Positions 19,207-28,714 of a DNA stretch of 64,000 nt are shown in pieces. The stretch comes from a virus. The translations under genes and the position numbers were made by a program. The stretch lies in the IMG/VR virus record IMGVR_UViG_3300028831_000035, positions 1 to 64,000 of that record, one strand, 5' to 3'. The notes below the pieces were generated by a model, which was given only the letters and a program-made list of their open reading frames with translations, did not search any database and was not told the DNA's origin. Within the stretch, counting starts at the first letter, position 1; every line of letters begins with the position of its first letter.

Positions 19207-22200
19207 TGAGTAACCTGATTAAGGACACGGCTAACCAGACGTTTCACGCTCCGGTAGCCAAGCGCACAGTCGCGCAGCTTAGTGATGGTTCTGTCGTTGC
19301 GATTATCTACGATCAGAACATCGCTGGCGGTGGAGGGAGTACCGCCCCTGCAGGAAGTGGGGGCGGTGGAGGTGGTGGCGGAACCATCACGGCTCGGTCT
19401 TGGTCTATCACCGAGGGGCCGATGGGTGAGGGTACTGTCATCGGAACTGCAGCTGCACTTAGCTGGGTTCCGGGCAACAGCACCAACTTCGCCACGACCA
19501 CCGACCTGCGCCAGCCGGTCTGCATGGAGATGTGCTTCCGTATCGTTTCGACTGCGGAGAACTCTACCACAGACTGGACGACTGCGTATGACTACATCGA
19601 AGACATCGGCGACCAGCGTGGTTACACTGGTGGTCTGATCGGATTCACCTCTGCCACCCAGGACATGGAGGACTTGGTCCAGCGCTACGTTGCACTGGTG
19701 CCCGGCTCGCCTCTTGCATCCTACATCAGCGGTCTGGCTCAATGTTCGACGATCGGCTACGGTCCGAGCGCTTCGGCAGCTGCAACGACTTACCTGGGTA
19801 ACGGATTCAAGACCGCCTGGGCGAACGCAGCGAACAACGACCCGATCTTCCGTAGGCTTCAGCGCGAGATGCGTAAGGAGATCTACTGGGATGACGCACT
19901 TGCCCAGGCACTTGCCGACGGGGTTGGCCCGCTGGGACTTGCTCTCCATTATGACATCCTGGTCAACCACGGGCCAGGTAACGACAGCGAATCCTACGGT
20001 GGAATCCTTGCTGCCGCTCGGGGTAGCACTAGCAAGCCCCCGTCTGCCGGTGGCAACGAGAAGAACTACCTCACCAAACTCTGTGACATCCGTGACGCGG
20101 TGCTGCAGAGCTGGGGAGACTACCAGTCGGATGGTCGATCCACGATCTACCGAGGACTGAACAACGCGAACAAGCAGACGCTCGTTGCGCCGTTCAGCTG
20201 GTCAGTCTACAGCGAAGACTTCAGCATGTCGACCCGTCCGACTCCGACGACCGACTCGGTTCTCGGTGACTACACGCTTCGATACACTGCAGTCGGTGCT
20301 GGCTCTGACGACATGGTTGTTCACGTCAACCCGTCGGGCACCACGAACCAGGGAACTGGTGGAACTCCGGGAACGCTGTCGGCCGGTACGGACGCAACGA
20401 TTCTTGCAGGGCAGACACTGACTCGTACCGCTACGGAGCCGAGTGGTTCTGGCGGCAACAACGGTGGCGGATCACAGACCGTCTATCTTCCATCCGACGG
20501 ATCGAACGTCGGTAAGTGGTATCTCTATCACTCGGTCGACCGTCTGACCTGGACGCTGAAGTCCACTGTCACCCCGACCACCGCACCAGCGCTCAAAGAT
20601 GAGTACTGCATCTACAGCATGACTGCAGACTCTAACAACAATATCTACCTGGCGTTCGGTGGCCGGGACGACTCGGTCCGCCATTACAGGTGGACCACTG
20701 CAGGGTCGGGAACTTCTCGTACGTTCACGGCGAGCAGCCAGGAAACTGCCATGGCAGCACCTGGCAGCGGCTTTGATATTCTTCGCTTGGACATCGATGT
20801 TCTTACCGGCACTACCGCTGCATTGGTTGCAGTTCAGTGGCGCCAGGGTACGAACATGGGATACCGGTTCCTGCTTCGTCGGCTCCAGGATAACACCTGG
20901 GTTACCTCGTACACCTACACGATTTGGACTAACCAGGCAAACCCTGCCTGGGCGGATATCTCGGTTGCTTGGGACTCTAACAACTCGTCTGGATCCGACG
21001 AGAACGGGCGTACGTGGTTTGCACTGTACGTCTCGAAGATCTCCACTACCACAGACTTCGGTGACGATGTCGTGCAGTGGGCTCTTAACCCGACCAACGG
21101 GTCGAGCATTGTCACTAGCTCGCAGCAGACGAGCAATAACCTCAACGTAAACCTGGGGTCAAAGGTCCGGCGTGGTACGCTCTTCAGCACTGCGCCGGGC
21201 CGATACACACTGCTTGGAGCAGTAGGTACAGCCAACTTCTTCTCGTTCGTGTTGACTTTCACGAACGGCGGAACGCAGCCAGTTCCCTATGTTCGTTCTC
21301 AGCAGACGGGCATTACCGTCAACAAGCTGGTCAGCGGATCGAACGATGTTGGGTTCGCCTGGCAGGACTACCGAGCGATCGTTGCTTACGGTGGAACTGA
21401 CGGCCGAGCATACTGCCATGTCTATACTTTCGAGACTGGCAACGTCACCCCGACCACCGGGACGACCAACTACGCCTTCGACAACTTCTTCCGGAACGGA
21501 AACTCCAGGTACGCAGCCTGGTTCTGTGGTGGCTCTAACCGGTTCGCCTGGAGCTTCTTCAAGAACCTAGACATGATTGTCTGGGACGCACCTTCCGGCG
21601 ATGCGATTCAGGGTAGTCGCGCCTGGCGGCACCACTACAACCAGCCGCCCGTTGCGCCTAAGGTAGTGACTCCTTCGCAGGGGTCGCAGGTAACGAGTAA
21701 TATCCCCGCACTTACTGCCGACGTCGATCTGGACATGGACTACCCTCAGTCCAAGGTCAAGGTCGTATGGCAGTTGGCGCGGGACAATCTGTTTACTCAG
21801 AACCTGCGCACCGTGGAGGAACCGGATGCGAACTTCCGCTATCTTACCATGTCGGGCTCTACGTCAGCGTTCACCAAGGTATCGGCACAGGTGCCCGCAG
21901 ACTCGGCGCTCTTCACTGGCACCTGGTATGTCCGAGCTGCATTCATTTCTGAACTCGGGCTTCAAGGTGCTTGGTCCGCAACTCAGTCGTTCTTTGTCGG
22001 ACACCCAGCTTCGGGTAAAGACCTACACCCCAGCGGTGATGAGTTCTGGACTTTCGCAACTCCCTCCACTTTCAACTGGGTCTTTACTGACACTGCCGAG
22101 GGAGATTACCAGACTGCCTACCAGATCGTTGTCGAGCAAGCCGATACTGGAGGAGTTCTTTACAACACTGGGAAAGTTACTTCAGGACTGCCTGTCGGCA

Positions 22201-23330
22201 CTGTCGCAATCGACGCCATCCACAAAGATAAGCAGCTTCGGTGGCGACTCAAGCTCTGGGACATGGATGACACCGAAGGAGCGTTCAGCGACTACCAGAC
22301 CTTCTTCCTCGGTGACGGACCTGTCGTCGATGTCTTCGCCCCAACCGAAGGATCAGTAGTCGCCACGCCCACCCCGGTTATCGAGTGGTCTGTTGACTTG
22401 GAAGGATGGCGAACCCTCAAGTCTTTCCGGGTGGTCGCGCGCAGGACCATCGGAGACATGATCGATTACGACTCTGGCTGGCGTGCTATTGGGTTGGCTG
22501 ACCCCTATACCTTCCTGATCGACAACCCGACTGGTATTCAGAACAACAGTGCGTACGACTTGTACGTGTACGTTAGGGATGCCAAGGGGCTAGAGGGTGG
22601 CGACCATGTCCAGTTCACTACGAGCTGGATTCCGCCGGACGCTCCCAACTTTACTGTCAATGGATCTCTGTTTACCGAGAACGGTTATGTCACTGTTTTC
22701 TGGAACAACAGTTCGCAAGATCCTACCTGGACTGCATGGCGCATCTACCGTCGAGCATACAACTACGACCTGCAGGCGTACAGCCAGTGGGAGTTGTTGA
22801 AGGAGTACACGAATGCGACGACTAGTTACAGCTATCAAGACTGGGCTGCCCCGGCTAACTCGAACATTCAGTACGCTGTGGTTCAGGTTGCCACTCGCTT
22901 TGAGGCGCCGGTTGAGTCGGTTTATAATGCGCAGTCGCTGACCACGACGAGCAGCGATTACTGGCTAATCAATCCGCTGAACAACGCTCTCAACCTCCGC
23001 GTCCACATGAACACCGAGGGCTTCCAGGATGAGTACGAACAGGAAGTTTACCACGTTCTTGGTCGTGGTCGACACGTTGATCAGGGTGACCGACTTGGCT
23101 ACAGCGGTAGCTTCACGGTTCGGTTCCGTGACAAGCTTGCGCACTCGGCCAGGCAGCAAAGGCTAGAGTTCGAAGCTGTTATCAAGCGACAGCTCCCGGT
23201 CTATTTGCGTAGCCCGTTCGGTGATGTAACCTATGTCGTGCTGATGAATGCCAGTTACGAGCGCGTGCCTGGCATGGGCGAGCATGAAGCTGTTGACCTC
23301 AGCTGCGACTACGTCGAGGTGGCTCCGTGA
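19206..23330 (+). CDS. minor tail protein with GH46 chitosanase-like domain, beta-sandwich repeats and a distal-tail-like C-terminus
   Basis: 1374 aa; TAATG overlap with the TMP. Aa 105-340 read STAENSTTDW..YDYIEDIGDQRGYTGGLIGFTSATQDMEDLVQRY...HGPGNDSESYGGI...GGNEKNYL. This closely parallels Streptomyces N174 chitosanase as I recall it. Confidence 0.85.
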   Translation: MSNLIKDTANQTFHAPVAKRTVAQLSDGSVVAIIYDQNIAGGGGSTAPAGSGGGGGGGGTITARSWSITEGPMGEGTVIGTAAALSWVPGNSTNFATTTDLRQPVCMEMCFRIVSTAENSTTDWTTAYDYIEDIGDQRGYTGGLIGFTSATQDMEDLVQRYVALVPGSPLASYISGLAQCSTIGYGPSASAAATTYLGNGFKTAWANAANNDPIFRRLQREMRKEIYWDDALAQALADGVGPLGLALHYDILVNHGPGNDSESYGGILAAARGSTSKPPSAGGNEKNYLTKLCDIRDAVLQSWGDYQSDGRSTIYRGLNNANKQTLVAPFSWSVYSEDFSMSTRPTPTTDSVLGDYTLRYTAVGAGSDDMVVHVNPSGTTNQGTGGTPGTLSAGTDATILAGQTLTRTATEPSGSGGNNGGGSQTVYLPSDGSNVGKWYLYHSVDRLTWTLKSTVTPTTAPALKDEYCIYSMTADSNNNIYLAFGGRDDSVRHYRWTTAGSGTSRTFTASSQETAMAAPGSGFDILRLDIDVLTGTTAALVAVQWRQGTNMGYRFLLRRLQDNTWVTSYTYTIWTNQANPAWADISVAWDSNNSSGSDENGRTWFALYVSKISTTTDFGDDVVQWALNPTNGSSIVTSSQQTSNNLNVNLGSKVRRGTLFSTAPGRYTLLGAVGTANFFSFVLTFTNGGTQPVPYVRSQQTGITVNKLVSGSNDVGFAWQDYRAIVAYGGTDGRAYCHVYTFETGNVTPTTGTTNYAFDNFFRNGNSRYAAWFCGGSNRFAWSFFKNLDMIVWDAPSGDAIQGSRAWRHHYNQPPVAPKVVTPSQGSQVTSNIPALTADVDLDMDYPQSKVKVVWQLARDNLFTQNLRTVEEPDANFRYLTMSGSTSAFTKVSAQVPADSALFTGTWYVRAAFISELGLQGAWSATQSFFVGHPASGKDLHPSGDEFWTFATPSTFNWVFTDTAEGDYQTAYQIVVEQADTGGVLYNTGKVTSGLPVGTVAIDAIHKDKQLRWRLKLWDMDDTEGAFSDYQTFFLGDGPVVDVFAPTEGSVVATPTPVIEWSVDLEGWRTLKSFRVVARRTIGDMIDYDSGWRAIGLADPYTFLIDNPTGIQNNSAYDLYVYVRDAKGLEGGDHVQFTTSWIPPDAPNFTVNGSLFTENGYVTVFWNNSSQDPTWTAWRIYRRAYNYDLQAYSQWELLKEYTNATTSYSYQDWAAPANSNIQYAVVQVATRFEAPVESVYNAQSLTTTSSDYWLINPLNNALNLRVHMNTEGFQDEYEQEVYHVLGRGRHVDQGDRLGYSGSFTVRFRDKLAHSARQQRLEFEAVIKRQLPVYLRSPFGDVTYVVLMNASYERVPGMGEHEAVDLSCDYVEVAP

Positions 23331-24520
23331 CAGTATCGGGTAACGTACCGCCGCCAGAGGCGGCGGTACGTGCCGTCCTTGACACCTCGTCTCAGTGGAC
23401 CAGGCGAATCGAGATCTACGAGTATGACAACGAAACTCTGTGGAATGCCGGAGGAGTTCCCCGAATCATCGACGGCAATATCTCTGTGGACTACAGCAGG
23501 GATGAGCGTCGAACCCTGGATCTTGTACTGGATAACTCCGACGGGGCTCTCCGCCATGACCCGTACGATGGCTTCTGGTACGACAAGATCATTAGACTCT
23601 ACCGTGGAATCAAGTACTGGACGATAGACTCGATCACTGGCAAGGCTATTCAGACAGAGTACGAAGCCCAGGTTGGCGCCTTCATGATCGACCGGATCGA
23701 TGCTCAGTACTTCCCGCACACCATCTCGGTTACCGGCCGGGACTTCACGAAGAAGATGCTGACGAGCAAGCTCGAACGCTCGATGCAGTTCCCGGCTGGT
23801 ACTGCCGTAGAGGACGTAGTGGCTGCGGTCGCTGCCAATGCTGGAATCTTCGGCGTCATCCTGCCAAACACTGGACTTACCGTAGACAGTACGACTGTGT
23901 TCGAGCGAGGTACGGCTCGCTGGAAGGTATGCAAGGACGTAGCGAACGCAGCAAACCATGAGCTGTTCTTCAATGGAACAGGCTATCTGGTTATGCGTCC
24001 GTTCCGCGACCCGACCACCAGCCCGATCGAGTACACCTTCCAGACCGGTGCCACCTACGGGAACTTGATTACCTACCAGAAGTCCAGCAACGACGCGCGG
24101 GTCTTCAACCACATTGTGGTGGCCGGGGATGACGAGATCAACAGCGACTCAAACGGAGCTTCGACGAACATCGTCTTCGCCGAGGTCCGTAACGAGAACC
24201 CCGACTCGCCAACCAGGATCGAACGTATCGGTGACAGGTATATCTCATACCAGTCTAGCTTGTTCGATACGCAGGAGAAGGCTAACAACTTCGCCAACTC
24301 GCAGCTGTCGATTCTCGCGCTAGAAGAGTTCAACATTGACTTCGAGTCCCTCGTGGTCCCGTGGATGGAGGCAGGTTCTATCGTGCAGATCCTGGTTCCT
24401 GGCAACACGGCATACGAGCCGACTCGATTCCTTCTGGACACCATTAAGATCCCACTTCGGCTCGGCCCGATGAGCGGGACTGGTCGACGAGTTACGATTG
24501 TGGGGTCTAAGAACAATTGA
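23327..24520 (+). CDS. minor tail protein (baseplate/hub-position)
   Basis: 397 aa with a GTGA overlap start. The N-terminal pattern resembles DUF5047-type prophage tail proteins. Confidence 0.75.
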   Translation: MTVSGNVPPPEAAVRAVLDTSSQWTRRIEIYEYDNETLWNAGGVPRIIDGNISVDYSRDERRTLDLVLDNSDGALRHDPYDGFWYDKIIRLYRGIKYWTIDSITGKAIQTEYEAQVGAFMIDRIDAQYFPHTISVTGRDFTKKMLTSKLERSMQFPAGTAVEDVVAAVAANAGIFGVILPNTGLTVDSTTVFERGTARWKVCKDVANAANHELFFNGTGYLVMRPFRDPTTSPIEYTFQTGATYGNLITYQKSSNDARVFNHIVVAGDDEINSDSNGASTNIVFAEVRNENPDSPTRIERIGDRYISYQSSLFDTQEKANNFANSQLSILALEEFNIDFESLVVPWMEAGSIVQILVPGNTAYEPTRFLLDTIKIPLRLGPMSGTGRRVTIVGSKNN

Positions 24521-26241
24521 GCGAGGACACGTTCGCTGACTACGCAGCAGCAACTCGAACCAGGGATGCTGTAGCGAAGATCGCCCAGGAGGCTGTCGGT
24601 ACTCCGCAGCCACTGGGGATGCTGGGTCGACTCATTAGTCTGTCGGTTGCCCAGCGCAAGGCGCGAGTCTGGCTGCCGGGCGACGATGCCCCGATCGAGG
24701 TTAATCTTTTCCCGAGTGTCATTCCCTACATCTCGCAGGACTCGCTCGGGATGACCGAGGCTTCCACCACGTCGACCACCGGCGGGGGTGCGCGCGTGTG
24801 GGTTGAGCGGATCAATGACAAGCTCTTCGTCACCGAAGTCCTATCGGGGCCGGTGTTCACGGAGGCATCGGGAGGATTCGAGCACTACCTTGATGCGGTT
24901 GGTGCAGAGGCTGGAGTAGCTGGAAAGCCTTGGTATACCCGTACCGGTGCGTCTACATCAGTAATCGTTCCCCTTCCACAGCAGGGACAGACGGTTACCT
25001 TTGGTCCGTTCGGTGGCTCACTCGGCGAGGGCTTTACCGAGATCACCGTTAGCGACCAGGTGTTTGGGTCTTCCAAGACCTACATGTTCTCCGGACTGGC
25101 AGCCCAGGCCTTGTTGAGTACGCCTGGCTATTACCAGAAGCTGATTCCTCGATTCATTAACCACTCCGAAGACGTCGAGGTTAACAAGGGTAACTTCGAA
25201 CTGGAGATCGGGAATGAGCAGATTGTTCCAGATAACACTACAGTTCCTGGAACGTATCTTATGCTCCGCCTGCGGCGACGAGCAGATAACCAGGCATCTA
25301 TTGCTCAGATCGCTGATGGATACCATGTCACGATCAGGTCGAATGGAGGTATGACCCAGGCTGCACACGAGTCTGGGCATGTTCCGTTCAGGTGGTTTAC
25401 TGGTATTACTACACTTCCTAGCGATACCTACGGCACAACAGTCTTCACCACGCAGATGTCGGAGCCGAACAGCGGACCGTACGACAGTCCATTTGTTCAC
25501 TTTCCTACGCGCGCTCAGTTCAGTATCTGTGGTGGAGATAACATCAGGTGGGAAGGATCAAACTTCTCGTTTGGTTCTTTCAAGGTGATGTTCTCTGGTC
25601 GCCACATCCACACGTTTAACCTCGGCGAGCAGTACATTACCATGCCGCCGCAGGGAACAGTCATCGTTGAAGTTGGCGATGTCGACATTGCAAGCAAGAC
25701 TGTTGGCACTGATGGCATTCAACTCCTACCCGGCGAAGGGTTGTACTACGCCCTAGACCCAGGTGTGGCATCATCAGTATCAGACGCCAGTCGATTCCGG
25801 ATTGTGAACTCCGAGAAGTCAATCGGCATTCCGCCGTTCTGGTTGTTCTTGGCAGGTGCGACCGGCGCGGTGCCGAGCTTGAAACTCGGAACCGGAGAGC
25901 AGTACGACCATCGTCGCGGCGCAACGTTTGCGGGCACGTGGCAGAATGTTGGTGGCGAATACTCCACGATGCAGTACTTCATGGGGCCGAGCCGAATGGT
26001 TACTGTCGAGGGTTCTATGCGAACCTCGGGCGGTGGTGCGGTGGCCGGGGATACTGCGTTTACCTTGCCCGCGGGCTTTAGACCACAGGGCCGACTTATT
26101 GTTGCAGGCGTAGCTTCTACTGGAACCGCAAACACTCCAGCCGCAGCTCGTATCGATGTACTGGCTAGCGGCGCAGTTGCCGTCTATGCTCCATCTACAA
26201 CAGGCGTCTCGCTGAACTTCCAGTTCCGAGCCTACCAGTAG
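24517..26241 (+). CDS. minor tail protein
   Basis: 574 aa with a TTGA overlap start. It is the last large gene of the tail module. Confidence 0.75.
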   Translation: MSEDTFADYAAATRTRDAVAKIAQEAVGTPQPLGMLGRLISLSVAQRKARVWLPGDDAPIEVNLFPSVIPYISQDSLGMTEASTTSTTGGGARVWVERINDKLFVTEVLSGPVFTEASGGFEHYLDAVGAEAGVAGKPWYTRTGASTSVIVPLPQQGQTVTFGPFGGSLGEGFTEITVSDQVFGSSKTYMFSGLAAQALLSTPGYYQKLIPRFINHSEDVEVNKGNFELEIGNEQIVPDNTTVPGTYLMLRLRRRADNQASIAQIADGYHVTIRSNGGMTQAAHESGHVPFRWFTGITTLPSDTYGTTVFTTQMSEPNSGPYDSPFVHFPTRAQFSICGGDNIRWEGSNFSFGSFKVMFSGRHIHTFNLGEQYITMPPQGTVIVEVGDVDIASKTVGTDGIQLLPGEGLYYALDPGVASSVSDASRFRIVNSEKSIGIPPFWLFLAGATGAVPSLKLGTGEQYDHRRGATFAGTWQNVGGEYSTMQYFMGPSRMVTVEGSMRTSGGGAVAGDTAFTLPAGFRPQGRLIVAGVASTGTANTPAAARIDVLASGAVAVYAPSTTGVSLNFQFRAYQ

Positions 26242-26251
26242 GAGGTACTAT

Positions 26252-26581
26252 ATGAAGTGGATCAAGAAGATGGAACCCAGCAGGGTGTACGCAGTCATCG
26301 CTGCGATCTTCACTCTCGCAGCTGCTGCCGGGTTCAGCATCTTTACCGAGGACATCAAGGCTGCTATCCTCGGGCTGGTCGCTGCCCTGTTCTCGCTGGT
26401 GGCCGGGGAGGCTACGCGTGGTCAGGTCGTTCCCAACGCCAAGGTTCTCGCATACATCGAAGACCCTCGCGACCGACACGTCGAAATCAAGTCCGGCGAG
26501 GCTTACATCGAGCCGGAAGAGGGACTCGAGAACCAGGTCATCCAGGCCGCATACACCGGCCGACACCGGGCGGAGCCCTGA
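26252..26581 (+). CDS. membrane protein (2 predicted TM; holin-like candidate)
   Basis: 109 aa with TAGGAGG 6 nt upstream. Hydrophobic segments VYAVIAAIFTLAAAAGFSIF and AAILGLVAALFSLVAG. Confidence 0.7.
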   Translation: MKWIKKMEPSRVYAVIAAIFTLAAAAGFSIFTEDIKAAILGLVAALFSLVAGEATRGQVVPNAKVLAYIEDPRDRHVEIKSGEAYIEPEEGLENQVIQAAYTGRHRAEP

Positions 26582-26582
26582 A

Positions 26583-26747
26583 ATGCCCTACTCTGGAGCG
26601 CACGAGTATGACCCAACCGACGATGTCGACTGGCCCGACCACTACAAGAAGCGGGCGGAGAATCCGTTCGATCTTGGCGATCTTCACCCGGACGCGGAGA
26701 ACGAAGAGGTCGACTCGCCCCCCGACCTGGGACAGCTACGAGGGTAG
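26583..26747 (+). CDS. small acidic hypothetical protein (54 aa)
   Basis: ATG one nt after the upstream TGA. It reads MPYSGAHEYDPTDDVDWPDHYKKRAENPFDLGDLHPDAENEEVDSPPDLGQLRG and is in frame with track ORF 26418..26747. Confidence 0.35.
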   Translation: MPYSGAHEYDPTDDVDWPDHYKKRAENPFDLGDLHPDAENEEVDSPPDLGQLRG

Positions 26748-26842
26748 AGGGCAGAAGCTCGATCCGAACGGGGTGAAGATGATTCCCCTTCCGTCGAGCA
26801 GCACACCACCGCCACCTCCCCCGGCAGGAAGGAGCTGTTGCT

Positions 26843-27574
26843 GTGGCCGACATCAGTAACAAGCCTAGCCAGTACGATGACACGAACGTCAAGGCGAACG
26901 TTCAGGCTGTCATCGCCGATCCGAAGATGGATCACCTCGGCGACTGGGGCGACGACGGTCACCAGGCTGGTGCTGGAGATCACACCCCACGTTCGACGCA
27001 CCGTGGTAAGTTCGGGTACCCCACGCAGGGCAAGATCCATGCTCACGACTTCAAGATGTCGCAGGCAGATCAGAACCTGCTCGAAGCCTGGGTTCGTGCG
27101 CAGTGGCGCAACGGAAACCTCAAGGGCTTGAAGTACATGAACGTCAACAACCGGCACTGGAATATCCAGACCAATGCCAACTGGTTGAAGGCGCTCAACG
27201 GTACACTCAAGGCTACCTACTCGGGCGATCACCATGTTCACTTCTCTTACGAGAACGGGAACGTGGATCAGGATTTGATCAAGCGGTTCATCGCCTATCG
27301 AGACAAGAAGTCCGCCCCGACCACGCCGCAGGTTCAGCCAATTTCAGTGAAGGAGACTGAAGTGTACAAGGTGGTGAAGCTGGCCGGTGCCGATAAGCCT
27401 GCGACCTATCTCGGTAACTACATCACGCGACGCTGGATTCAGACTGAGTCCGAACTGACCAAGTTCCTCAAGATGGCTGGCCAGGCCAAGCCTATCGAGG
27501 TGACGTCAGTCAAGCAGCTCAACGAATACGGACAGCAGGTCGGACCGGAGCCCTCGCCGACTTCTGGCAATTGA
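26843..27574 (+). CDS. putative endolysin / cell-wall hydrolase (His-rich metallopeptidase-like motifs)
   Basis: 243 aa; GTG with GGAAGGAG upstream. It has IHAHD and DHHVHF motifs (LAS/M15/M23-like HxH) and a C-terminal domain that could bind the wall. It is flanked by membrane proteins. The function is tentative. Confidence 0.45.
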   Translation: MADISNKPSQYDDTNVKANVQAVIADPKMDHLGDWGDDGHQAGAGDHTPRSTHRGKFGYPTQGKIHAHDFKMSQADQNLLEAWVRAQWRNGNLKGLKYMNVNNRHWNIQTNANWLKALNGTLKATYSGDHHVHFSYENGNVDQDLIKRFIAYRDKKSAPTTPQVQPISVKETEVYKVVKLAGADKPATYLGNYITRRWIQTESELTKFLKMAGQAKPIEVTSVKQLNEYGQQVGPEPSPTSGN

Positions 27575-27593
27575 CCACTGTAACCAACGACGC

Positions 27594-27642
27594 CTCCGCC
27601 CTCTCGGTAGGTTGCCCTTGCGGCAAAGCCAAGGGGGCGGAG
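27594..27642 (+). terminator. compound hairpin after the putative lysin
   Basis: CTCCGCCC (27594-27601) pairs with GGGCGGAG (27635-27642), with an inner CCCTTG/CAAGGG stem. There is no clear T-tract. Confidence 0.35.
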
Positions 27643-27721
27643 CCGTGCCTGGAGTCCTGTTGACTATTCAACTAATGTGCTAAGGTTCACATGTTTGTTT
27701 ACGTCACGGGGAGGGTAGTCT

Positions 27722-28042
27722 ATGGAAGGTTTCTCCATCACCTTCCCTGGTCTTCTTCAGGGCGGCGCGGTAGGCGTTTTGTTCCTAGTCTTCTACCTGA
27801 CAATGTCAGGTAGGATTGTAGCTAAGAGCACACTGGATACCATCGTCGCGCAAGAGCAGAAGATGGCCGAGGTCTGGAAGACGGCCTATGAGCAATCCCA
27901 GTCAGCACGAGACAGGCAAGAAGAAGTCCTCAAGAACGCAATTCAAGGACTGGATACTGTTAATTATCTCGTTCGTCAGTTGCGCGCATTGGGGGAGGAG
28001 AGTGCTAATGCGGTTGAGCCGGAGAAAGTTGGGCCGGGATGA
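27722..28042 (+). CDS. membrane protein (1 TM plus coiled coil; holin/spanin-like candidate)
   Basis: 106 aa with GGGGAGGG upstream. TM segment GGAVGVLFLVFYLTMSG. Confidence 0.65.
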   Translation: MEGFSITFPGLLQGGAVGVLFLVFYLTMSGRIVAKSTLDTIVAQEQKMAEVWKTAYEQSQSARDRQEEVLKNAIQGLDTVNYLVRQLRALGEESANAVEPEKVGPG

Positions 28043-28226
28043 TGAGTCCTACAAGGCCCGCCTAGCCGAGGCTAATGCCGCAGTGGCAGAGTCCAAAGAA
28101 AGCCTAGTCAAGGCGGATGAAATGGCTGGAGACACGGCAGCCATTGCCGATAGGTTAAGATCTGAATTGCACAAGAACCATTTCGCACCAGCTCTGGCTG
28201 AAGCGATCGCAAGGAGTATTAGATGA
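28008..28226 (+). CDS. hypothetical helical protein (72 aa)
   Basis: ATG at 28008 with GGAGGAG 7 nt upstream. It is in frame with track ORF 27888..28226 and overlaps the upstream gene by 35 nt. Confidence 0.5.
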   Translation: MRLSRRKLGRDDESYKARLAEANAAVAESKESLVKADEMAGDTAAIADRLRSELHKNHFAPALAEAIARSIR

Positions 28227-28582
28227 TCGAGGATTGGAACTGGAGCTACTCCTACTACACGGTCATCTTTTGGCTCGGGTGGCTGGGGTCGGTGGTGTTC
28301 CCAATCTTCTACGGCTTCACCGCGCGCTTCTGGGTTACTCCTCTTGGTCGCCACTTTTTCTTTTACTCTGTTGTTCCCGCACTGTTTTACACCAGCGGCA
28401 TGATCAAGAACTACGTTCCCGAGTTCCCGCTCGACATCACAATCAGGTACATTCTACTGACGGTCGCAGCGTATGTAGTTTGGTGGAGAGTGTGGGAGTA
28501 CCTGAAGATTTGGCGTGCCGAAACAAAGAGACGCAAGAACCAGCTCAGACTCCTAGAGGACGTCGGGTCCGAGAAGAAGTAG
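28223..28582 (+). CDS. membrane protein (3-4 TM)
   Basis: 119 aa with an ATGA overlap. Trp/Phe-rich TM helices and a basic tail. Confidence 0.7.
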   Translation: MIEDWNWSYSYYTVIFWLGWLGSVVFPIFYGFTARFWVTPLGRHFFFYSVVPALFYTSGMIKNYVPEFPLDITIRYILLTVAAYVVWWRVWEYLKIWRAETKRRKNQLRLLEDVGSEKK

Positions 28583-28585
28583 AAA

Positions 28586-28611
28586 CAGCCCCAGGCAATT
28601 GCCTGGGGCTG
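28586..28611. terminator. bidirectional terminator between convergent operons
   Basis: Perfect 26-nt palindrome CAGCCCCAGGCAATTGCCTGGGGCTG, followed by ATCTTCTT. Confidence 0.7.
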
Positions 28612-28714
28612 ATCTTCTTAGTGGGTCACTTCCCACAGCAGTACTAGAATCAATCCGAGTTCTATCAGTGCAGTCCCGGCCACCAGGTAGAACCAGACCC
28701 AGATGAACTGATCA

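Noticed and set aside
27660-27686. Promoter for the membrane-protein cassette (TTGACT ... TAAGGT)
   Set aside because: The spacer is only 15 nt. It is too weak to list as a feature without transcript data.
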